Positions 58,001-64,000 of a stretch of 64,000 bases of DNA are shown here, in pieces. Under the pieces are notes generated by a model. The model was not told the origin of the DNA, did no database searches, and was given only the letters and a program-made list of their open reading frames with translations. Source of the stretch: a virus. The DNA lies in IMG/VR virus record IMGVR_UViG_3300035158_000293, positions 1-64,000 of that record. One strand, written 5' to 3'. The position numbers and the translations under genes were made by a program. Every line of letters begins with the position of its first letter. Position 1 is the stretch's first letter.

Positions 58001-61000
58001 ATTGTGCTCGTTTTTACCCTCTGAGAACGCACATGCGCGTCCATGCGCGTTTTTCTTTCGTGGGTTGGTGCCTCGTGTCATGTCGATGTCGAAAATGCTT
58101 TCTCGCGCATCCTCGTTCGTTTTTCGTTTTTGGGTGGTTTGCGCCTCGATCTCCGTACCGAAAACGTGCTGTGTAAAGGCGGATTCACCTAAAACCTCGG
58201 CCTTTACACGCTCCACATTACGGAAGTTTGTCTTCTTGAGAACGTCTACCCCGCCATGTCCGAGGGCTTTTTCACACCCCGCGGCAATTGCTCGGGCATT
58301 GCCGTACACGGGAAGAACGTAGTCGTCGCGATCTTTACCGAAGATAACCGCCGCCCCGACAATCTTGTTTGCACCTCGGAATGTAATGGGCTCTGTCACT
58401 CTGACATTCGGGTACTGGCTCTGCAAGGCGGTTGTCGTTGGACGATTCAAAACAGGACCGAGCTTGTCCACAAGGGCCTCAAGCTCCTTCCTGATTTTCG
58501 GGTTGTGTTGGTCGGTACGTCCCGGCCCTTCGTAGTTACGAACCCACGCTTTGAGGAAGTCCTTTATCTCTTTCTCCGCGGTCCTCCTGATCTTGACAGG
58601 GTCCACGTTTTGTGACGCGGCCATGCGCTCTATGTACTTCGCCACAAAACCCTCAAACGTATCCCGCCTTTGTGCCAACGCTTTGTCACGTTCACCTTCG
58701 ATATACTCACGCTCCCAATCTGCAAGGTCCGGGTCTTGGTAGTTGTACCGGGCCTCGAACTCTTCGTCGGGTTCGGGGTCAAATTCCTTAACCGTGTACT
58801 TCGTAATCGCCATGCCTGCCGGTGCAGCCATTACTGCAACCGATCCGGGGTCGGGAAGCTGGTCTTCGTCGGTTTTTGCTGTGCGCGTTTCTATTTGCAC
58901 GGCGAAAAGCATAGGGTCTCCGCCGAATTTGTTTGTGGCGTCCCTCGCGGAACTCAATGCTGTGAGGAAGTTTTGTGTGAAGTAGTTACCATCAAGACTT
59001 GCGAGGGCTTGATTCTTCTGATCCCAAACTTTCTGCTTCTGATTGAGTTTGAAGCCTTGTTTTAGAATCGACCTCCCAAACTTGGTAGTGGTACCGTGGA
59101 AGTACAACGCCTTGGCTTCGGTTAGATTTGACGTTGTGTCAAAACCCTCCCAAAAGTCGTCATCGAACTCGATTTCGATCTCCATACCCGGAAGCTCAAT
59201 TTCAATCTCGTTGTCATCCTCGTCTTCGTCGCCGTCTTCTCCGTCGGGATTTGTACCCTCTGGACTCGTGTATTTCCCGGTCAACAGATAGCCGTCGGAC
59301 GATGGCATTGTCGATGAATCTCCCTTTACAATGGCGTCCTTTCCGGGATGCGTAGTTGTGATACTGTGCTCCGGGTGTTCGCCTGCGCAAGTCTCCTCCT
59401 CTTCGGCTGCTTCATCGGACTCCGTTACCGGTATCTTCGTTCGGGCCAACGCATCTGCAAACGTGGCAAACCTTGCCACCTCAACCTCGCCTTGCATCAC
59501 CACAAAAGGCTCGTCCCCGTACTCCTTTACGTCGATGCTGTACTCTGTCTGTTCCTTTTCTTTCTTAGTCTGGAACAGCCCTTTGTCGCGTTCTGAATCC
59601 TTGTCCGCAAAACGCTCGCGTTTTTGGTATGATCCTGTCCTTATGCTCCGCAATTTTGTACGAAGGTTCTGTAGCTTCTCCGCGAAGTCATCCAAAACAG
59701 AGTAAGTGTAATAGACAGTTTGTCCGGTTTTCCTGCCCGTCTCAACATTACGGCGTATGCTAGCCAAAGCCTCGCGAGCATACGCGCTGGTTTCAAAGGC
59801 CGTCACCACGTCATCTTCTTGGTCGTCGGAAACGAAGAACACCTTTACGGGACCATCCACGCCTGCGGGCATGATCGCTTTGTCATACTCGACACCAGCA
59901 ATCACGACCCCTGCGTCGAACACTTCGTAGTTGTCGAGGTCTTCGCCATATATGAACTCGTGTTTGCCGTAAACAGGGTAATACGGCAACGCTTCTTCTG
60001 TATCGTCGGCTTCTGTCACACTCTCGTTCATGCGGGCCTTGATCCAGCTCTTGAAGCGGCTGTTCTTATCCTTTGCGGACACGATCTCTATTGTGTAGTC
60101 GGACTCGAGCTTTTTGATCTCTTTGAGGAGGTCCGCCTTTTCATCCCAAGTATCTCCATCTAAAGCGTGTTTCATTCTCAAAATGTCGGGCCACTCTTCC
60201 GACGGTTTGTCTCGCCACTCCATGTAATTGGTTACGTCCTCAAGCTGACTGATCCCTATGAGCAATTCGGACCCTTTGGGAATCTTCAAATCCCGATCTT
60301 TTATAATCCACTCGCCCTCGTTCTTGTAAACCTGTCCAATGAGCTTCAATCCCTCTGTTATTTTGCGCTCAAGCTCTTTCATAGGGACTTCGTCCAAAGC
60401 ATCGGCGAAGCGCTTGTAAGTGTAGTCCTCCTCACGAAGCTTTGGAATGCCGACCTTCTTCAACCACTTTGCAATATCTCGCGGTCCTCGGATTTTCTTG
60501 GGCGGGTTTTTTCGGGCTACGTCCGCCAACTTGCTGTGGCCAGCTATGTGTCGATTTTCCATCACAAGTGTTTTGTATTTCGAATCACTCTTGAACGCCT
60601 CTATCATGTATTCGAACACGTTGCGGTAAACCTGTGTTAAACCTATCGGGGTCTTGCTCGCGTCAAACAAACGGTAGAGCGCGTCACAATTCTTGGCGGT
60701 GAGATACATGGGGTTATCGTACATAACGCGGCTAACGGCGTTCTCTTCAACAAACGCACGCCCCGGCATCTTCAACGCGGCTGACTTGTTGAACAAGTAT
60801 TGGATGTCCTCGGAGCTACTGACACCCGCAGCGCCTTCGAGCCGTCTCTTTTTCAATGACTCAAGGTGAGACGGCTTGTACACGTCGAACGACAGGTAGA
60901 AAAATTCCGGTATGTCCGCGTCGGTGTAAGACGCCTCGACCAATGGCCGACCTGCAAACGTGGCCGTGTGCTCGTTTGTATCACCGTTAGGTAAACCCTT

Positions 61001-62902
61001 CATGTTCGTCTCTCCCAATTTATTGGTGCCACTCTCCAAAAGACCACGCTCTTTCAGTTTGTTGTAAGCCTCGTCCCCCAGCTTGTTTGCGATACTGTAC
61101 GGCATGTTCTTGAACACGTCGTTAATTATGTAGCCGGGTTCGGCTGCACCCCGCGAACGTCGGAAGAATGGGAGAAGCTGATCCAGTATGCCGTCTACTG
61201 TGTGCCACTTATTACTGCTGGGTTTTTCTTTTTTGATCCGCTTGGCAAGCTCGGCAAGTGTGGCCTTGCGTACTTCCTGCGGCTCAAAGAACTGGTAGTC
61301 GAGAAGGCCCGTACCGGAACCCTCGCCGTACTCCTCTATGAACTCCTCACGAGTCATAGGTACAAACTGTCCGTAACGCTCACCTCTGACGTAAACCTTC
61401 GTGATCTGACGAGGTGACACCCGCCCAATGAACAACGCTTGAGGCTCCTGACCCTTGTCCAGTAGTCCGAACGAAACACTCGGTCGGAAAGACTTGGGGT
61501 ACGACTTCCTCCAAAGATCGTCCTCGCGTTCCTGTTCTGCCGGGTTTTGACTGAACAGGTCTTTACCCTGCACCGTGAACCGCAGGATAACGGGTCCGAA
61601 CTTTTCGGCTGTTTTGTAGTCCGGCGCGACAAACAACCCACGGTCAAGCCGCTTGCCTCCTGAATAGTGCGGGTAAAGACGGTGTGTTGGCTTGGTGGCG
61701 TCGACGCCTTTGCGGACAAACTCCAAGGCGGTTTTTTGGTCTGTGCCGTGGAACAGTTGGAGTTTGGTGTTGGGCCGTAGCCGTGCGATGCTTCCGCGCT
61801 TGCCTTCATGGAGAGCTTCGGATTCCTCCATCCGCTCCCGCGTTCCAACGCCCTCATTCACCAGCCGTAGTTCGCCATGAGGCACGTCAAACGGGTTGTC
61901 GTAACCTTTGTCAACCGTTCGGAACCAAACACGCCTGTCAGAGCCTTCGGCAAACCGTTTGATAGCCGCATCTGTCTTTGCCACGGCCACTACCTTGTCA
62001 CCTTCCCTGACGTTGTACAGGTATTTGCCACGGTGTGTCTGCGTAATAATGTAATCACCGGGTGCGGGTGACGACCACCCTTGTGTACTCTCAATTTTGA
62101 GGTTCCTCTGCGCAAGTTCCTTCATGTGTGCCTGCGTCAACTTTTTTCTGCGGGATCGGCGTTTGCGCGGTTTCATGCCGGGTCGCGCATGGCTCATAGG
62201 CACTACCTGCACGTCGGTGATACCGCTTTTCTTCAACCAATTCTTAACACGGGACACCATGTTCTGATCAAGCACCAGCACCTTGTCCAACCATTCAGGA
62301 CGAAACTTGAAATCCCCTCCCCGCAACCATTCGTCTTCTTCCGCGTACTGTTCCATGAAAGCGTCGAGCATCATACCGCGCTTGACGTCCCAAAAATCAC
62401 CGACGAGGTAGTCCTCATATTCTTCCTCTTCGAACGGCTCCCCATCTTCATCAAACACACCTCCCTGAGCAGCGGCGGACGCCAACTCGTCGGGGGTTTC
62501 AATAACCCCGCCCTCCGCGTCAAAAAACTCCTCATACGGGAAGGTATCCATAGCCATGCCGTATGCTTGCTCCGCAGCAACATCGGTCATTTCGGGAGAC
62601 TGTGCGAGGACGTATTCAACAGCCGTTGGGTTTTCGTCAAACCAGTCCTCGGTGTAGTGGACCTCTGTAAAGTGTGATTCGAGTGGTTTGCGATGGAACG
62701 CTAAAATCACATCGTGATGTGTCCCGAACATCCCACCTTCAAGCGGATAAGTCGAAAGGCTGACGAAAGCGGGTCCGCCCATGTATGATGCGTTGGCTTT
62801 CAACGTCCGGGATTTGAGGATGTCCCTGAGAGCTTTGTAGTGTGTGGTGTGAAAGAAGTGCTTGGTCTGCGCTTCGAACAGAGAAATTCCGCTGTTACCC
62901 AT
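52088..62902 (-). CDS. 3604-aa polyvalent protein: three ART-fold domains, YodL-like and OCRE-like modules, other modules
   Basis: Uninterrupted 10.8-kb ORF with AAGGA SD; FFHTT..FVSLS, LFHGT..GLFVA, YFHGT..GNYFT; HTSMSIGDVI..VDRGGF; YYDPREGCYYDPDTDIYY. Confidence 0.9.
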   Translation of the reverse strand: MGNSGISLFEAQTKHFFHTTHYKALRDILKSRTLKANASYMGGPAFVSLSTYPLEGGMFGTHHDVILAFHRKPLESHFTEVHYTEDWFDENPTAVEYVLAQSPEMTDVAAEQAYGMAMDTFPYEEFFDAEGGVIETPDELASAAAQGGVFDEDGEPFEEEEYEDYLVGDFWDVKRGMMLDAFMEQYAEEDEWLRGGDFKFRPEWLDKVLVLDQNMVSRVKNWLKKSGITDVQVVPMSHARPGMKPRKRRSRRKKLTQAHMKELAQRNLKIESTQGWSSPAPGDYIITQTHRGKYLYNVREGDKVVAVAKTDAAIKRFAEGSDRRVWFRTVDKGYDNPFDVPHGELRLVNEGVGTRERMEESEALHEGKRGSIARLRPNTKLQLFHGTDQKTALEFVRKGVDATKPTHRLYPHYSGGKRLDRGLFVAPDYKTAEKFGPVILRFTVQGKDLFSQNPAEQEREDDLWRKSYPKSFRPSVSFGLLDKGQEPQALFIGRVSPRQITKVYVRGERYGQFVPMTREEFIEEYGEGSGTGLLDYQFFEPQEVRKATLAELAKRIKKEKPSSNKWHTVDGILDQLLPFFRRSRGAAEPGYIINDVFKNMPYSIANKLGDEAYNKLKERGLLESGTNKLGETNMKGLPNGDTNEHTATFAGRPLVEASYTDADIPEFFYLSFDVYKPSHLESLKKRRLEGAAGVSSSEDIQYLFNKSAALKMPGRAFVEENAVSRVMYDNPMYLTAKNCDALYRLFDASKTPIGLTQVYRNVFEYMIEAFKSDSKYKTLVMENRHIAGHSKLADVARKNPPKKIRGPRDIAKWLKKVGIPKLREEDYTYKRFADALDEVPMKELERKITEGLKLIGQVYKNEGEWIIKDRDLKIPKGSELLIGISQLEDVTNYMEWRDKPSEEWPDILRMKHALDGDTWDEKADLLKEIKKLESDYTIEIVSAKDKNSRFKSWIKARMNESVTEADDTEEALPYYPVYGKHEFIYGEDLDNYEVFDAGVVIAGVEYDKAIMPAGVDGPVKVFFVSDDQEDDVVTAFETSAYAREALASIRRNVETGRKTGQTVYYTYSVLDDFAEKLQNLRTKLRSIRTGSYQKRERFADKDSERDKGLFQTKKEKEQTEYSIDVKEYGDEPFVVMQGEVEVARFATFADALARTKIPVTESDEAAEEEETCAGEHPEHSITTTHPGKDAIVKGDSSTMPSSDGYLLTGKYTSPEGTNPDGEDGDEDEDDNEIEIELPGMEIEIEFDDDFWEGFDTTSNLTEAKALYFHGTTTKFGRSILKQGFKLNQKQKVWDQKNQALASLDGNYFTQNFLTALSSARDATNKFGGDPMLFAVQIETRTAKTDEDQLPDPGSVAVMAAPAGMAITKYTVKEFDPEPDEEFEARYNYQDPDLADWEREYIEGERDKALAQRRDTFEGFVAKYIERMAASQNVDPVKIRRTAEKEIKDFLKAWVRNYEGPGRTDQHNPKIRKELEALVDKLGPVLNRPTTTALQSQYPNVRVTEPITFRGANKIVGAAVIFGKDRDDYVLPVYGNARAIAAGCEKALGHGGVDVLKKTNFRNVERVKAEVLGESAFTQHVFGTEIEAQTTQKRKTNEDARESIFDIDMTRGTNPRKKNAHGRACAFSEGKNEHNQTHRREFDTMSINEPNESTVVSESKQKRFGDEIAKLYRKDTTEKLSPKLQREATNYAARNNEGVALTKQLARAAWMHMPQIEDEEYFTDLFRQAFDRAVGELKLEEQRQKAQITWDYVPLDIERCASCNTVLAEDEPVVVDEEARTMCLDCVDRRKQQPYFEEIAETYQGTIEAGMITSRFGTWGVKKTEAGTLVVLKGKAYDVPNTFEEVHSLVKEIHGMYEDLPEECDAMIEAFLEEYTRDAGTETPESQKVQKQANPEPAEPEEEGARERLLGFGLLTNDNEDHITADPTLAKESEESGMGNLHEAKGETGKLARKVLRLEEGAGTQEEQREQYRKLVAEAKKNVGKAPKLLQPYIRDAIKRVEKELANPNSDPSDWADAELKRLDVRGREVKRIDRWMKEQNAMHYDPKVKGTPHPDWEPVSGSRRLSCNVSGDYGSVSISSTTKEMYVSWTPWTMTVAKKAGVKVEGEEGGQTLPEEVSETENGVQGFDVDTMSMEEEGRRKGKGTEGLKESVMGRGRYGIAAGAYEVVGKTVSGMPVLRKREVCESVAGTHFPKFTRVEGSLAFFRGGIVERGRILAHRADYRHALLNPLQDAASTPMTTIEAGAGSAPFAPDPADLHPLFGAQIPFVPPEETEEGKTADTSVTLPATDRGFAALDQGQNAGLAQETTEAGDNMLKSATNAVDVHNAFPNISPELAAVIAAQVQKGKVTTEQALRDIGERVKHPVERLDDLVYVDRGDAGQPTFMLLNGRVYLDSLARYNLIHGGDRTDGVGLLGEGWKRLGTIDRTRYKKRQGLEGPFQTPTGKVVYYDPREGCYYDPDTDIYYPRNKNPFQESIVEFLEPQEQYVGSDLVNGWSVMFTTESGSTDGPFRVYVNEGNDVNAYRLWSTFPTFAQAMTSAAAHVGQMPRGNSTLHKYDIPEVALKTSRGTFGESKWRAPIITRDVHYGDGKRVTLRRDESGVTIRRGEQVVGSVIRASAAVGDGQTASVYSVQIDSPDVDAVAVTQAVERVLPEFMEEVVRKQAAVSDLSVYPWQGGDAYKYPIGKGRNEPAVKQTDMTKLEKGEALVTLPRSRIAAKTEAVAPDANTIEVSLTVEDSAPDRYVYRTARVDGTRILRIKNDKAVVRITLENSREFTYKFPDQVTASAFAFNVAQGRDWTLDKLNALARNVNQQVTVGEAEDCDYTVQEILRIIDRIERGVSIDTTSKPDDSEVPTNTHTITEGNRCDIVEARKPIEIEWSKQPGRGVVDEFALYVDYDLPKTAPGKAAKPRYAGTKDTRGANVPRALFKNLTQNNRDMNPVYKFKAPEQLDTFVARVKTKARWTEDDLDALAKREGGLRITKLNRYLDSMIRGLKAESSDTMSNDLAEGRDIAAAKKLVKPGYVGTEWETAAGRDAKEPTVIRRVEAYDEDKGMVAISQSDRPAKFMELLPVDQLVGEIAFNRAQAEAAKAKAQTSKEKEEEQQKKQADYEDTDGFAEQFPPLRAGRVRKHLHTRINVPVGIGTNKRVPLKGRDLIRGLVRAGWRVKRGRGGRRIVKGASFFVEKDLSKTLLDYAEYLYPKRKQIKPVKGLPKHFTEDIHPAVFGIGGVVMVPLAEGSPVNEVTEYRNLNVAARYVPGLAEGDTEIWYMKTGVSRDLGMGFDWAKDHDALPDPKNLRKTHILLGKVKERDPEKLFRAMQARLWSPHGEARKLLKQKGIDHTSMSIGDVIVTGNKVLLVDRGGFVDLKKVQESDAVARLHPEQVHHGVLAEERRGILQEGSKRSFPAGTPKQKTAAESILKKLERKLQMEADTLASFYEPEEEPHPLYNPDKATLDKVVKLTLDVLYSVHAGEIVRVAKLRGFDDPNAFFRYFGRWLAGRRDPWDFPVKGMEFVNALKSLSECAFGPYGIESPGPDDLLVLQSFPRKNLYEAKIGDIIIARFESDAALREFVEGATTRVWFQAAEGSNPFNAPEGLTTLIKEADAE

Positions 62903-63007
62903 TGTTTTGTCCTTCCGTAAAGTGCGGCGGCTTCACCGGAAGGGCCGTTCAAAAAGGACCGTTTCACGGAAGTTACGACCGCGTTCGTGGAATTCGTTTA
63001 CCGGTTG

Positions 63008-64000
63008 TTATGCGAGCATGCCGTAGCCGTCACCAACCTCCAAATCACCTTCAGCCGAAACCATCATGGTTCCGCATTTGGGGCACTCCATGCCCCGCGC
63101 GGTTGACTGTTTCGGTCCTGTGGAGTAACCACAGCCCGGACACCGCATGAGCCCCACAGACATCGCAAAACCACCGCTGGAGAAACCACCCGTGCTCGCA
63201 GTTGTAGTGACTTCCTTGAGCCTTTTTGCGGTCTTGCCTGTGAAGCCGCTCTCTTGATACTTCTTGTACGCCAACTTGTCGAACTTGCCTTTCTTGGCTT
63301 CCCTCTCAAACTGATCCCGCATCATCTCTGCGGCTCTCTGACGTATCTGTGGAGTAACGTCGAGATAAGGAATGCCTACAACCTTGGAGGCACCTTTGTA
63401 CGCCGCATTGGACAGAGTGAGAAACTTCTTCACCGCCTGCTCGCGGTCGTAGTCACCTTTGGCGACGTGGTTGATCATCGACCTGCAAGCTTGCTGCCAT
63501 GCGGGTTCCGCGGCCATTTGAATCGTTTTGACAATGAAGTCCGCCATCTTCTTACCATACGGCGTTTCTTCATCGCCTTCTCCTTCATCGAGGTGTTCCA
63601 CGCTCTCCATGAACATGCGGACCTTGCGCTGTATCTCCGCCAACCGTGCTGTTTTGTCTAATTTGAAATTGTCGTCCTCTTCATCCTCGTCGGGGTCGTA
63701 CTTAGGGCGCGTAGCCTTGATAACAGCCATTAAGTCAACCGCCTCGTTCAACGCTTCGGGAAACAACTCACGACGTCGTGCTTTGACCCGTTCTATCATA
63801 GGCTCCCATGAACCATATCCGGGATCAAGACGCTCACCATACTGACGCAACGTGTCGGGTGTCATGTACCTTTCTTGTCCGCGCTCTTCAAAGCGTAGTA
63901 ACACGCGGCAATCACTCCCGTCGCTCTCGTTTGGGCCGTTTACAAACAACAGACCGACACTCTCCAAATGCACCGACGATTCCCCGATGATTTGCATAGG
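63008..64000 (-). CDS. Modular protein with C-terminal Zn ribbon, 5' end probably outside the window
   Basis: Open to the window edge; LNE|A, LDE|G and LKE|V motifs; CPGCG...CPKCG. Confidence 0.7.
   Translation of the reverse strand, partial: PMQIIGESSVHLESVGLLFVNGPNESDGSDCRVLLRFEERGQERYMTPDTLRQYGERLDPGYGSWEPMIERVKARRRELFPEALNEAVDLMAVIKATRPKYDPDEDEEDDNFKLDKTARLAEIQRKVRMFMESVEHLDEGEGDEETPYGKKMADFIVKTIQMAAEPAWQQACRSMINHVAKGDYDREQAVKKFLTLSNAAYKGASKVVGIPYLDVTPQIRQRAAEMMRDQFEREAKKGKFDKLAYKKYQESGFTGKTAKRLKEVTTTASTGGFSSGGFAMSVGLMRCPGCGYSTGPKQSTARGMECPKCGTMMVSAEGDLEVGDGYGMLA

Larger units (their letters stand above)
1648..59141. repeat. Dispersed palindrome family (T)TGAC-RTTGT-GTCA(A)
   Basis: 13-bp cores start at 1648, 6134, 14031, 16637, 19476, 31944, 35328, 36876, 38543, 45458, 49298, 53897, 54368, 56504, 57968 and 59129; a divergent copy is at 12004. 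Confidence 0.95.

Noticed and set aside
1648-59141. Palindromes as a protein-level repeat or as intrinsic terminators
   Set aside because: They occur in different frames and both orientations; the stems are short and AT-rich with no consistent U-tract.
24624-62902. Stop-codon reassignment, inteins, introns or a diversity-generating retroelement explaining the giant ORFs
   Set aside because: Genes read cleanly in the standard code and end in TAA, TAG and TGA. I saw no intein termini with LAGLIDADG motifs, no reverse transcriptase and no adenine-variable repeat pair.
62903-63007. Possible tRNA or structured RNA in intergenic gaps (also 16470-16660 and 35200-35345)
   Set aside because: No cloverleaf, T-loop consensus or convincing long-range pairing was found by eye.
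1-64000. Numerous plus-strand ORFs of 60-360 aa
   Set aside because: All overlap longer, motif-bearing minus-strand genes and have shadow-like composition (S/F/L-rich) with no recognisable motifs.

Overview
This 64-kb window looks like part of a large (jumbo-type) tailed bacteriophage genome. Every credible gene is on the minus strand; the plus-strand ORFs are shadows. In transcription order (right to left) it holds: a truncated virion-type gene; a 3604-aa polyvalent protein with three ADP-ribosyltransferase-like domains and a YodL-like domain; about 16.5 kb of small, tightly packed accessory genes with several internally expanded paralog families; a 4 x 22-bp tandem repeat; a 3524-aa protein with a zincin motif and about 11 copies of a ~100-aa repeat; a tail fibre with an S74 chaperone; a small metabolic/regulatory cluster; several modular acidic proteins punctuated by (L/I/V)-x-E|(A/G/S) motifs; and a truncated tail spike. 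The most striking unexplained signal is a 13-17-bp palindrome, (T)TGAC-RTTGT-GTCA(A). I found 13 exact and 3 one-mismatch copies, about one per 4 kb, in both orientations, in different reading frames, over start and stop codons and at module junctions of the giant genes. Family names come from motif recognition by eye, not from database searches. Coordinates were counted by hand, and several starts were moved to a downstream codon with a Shine-Dalgarno sequence.
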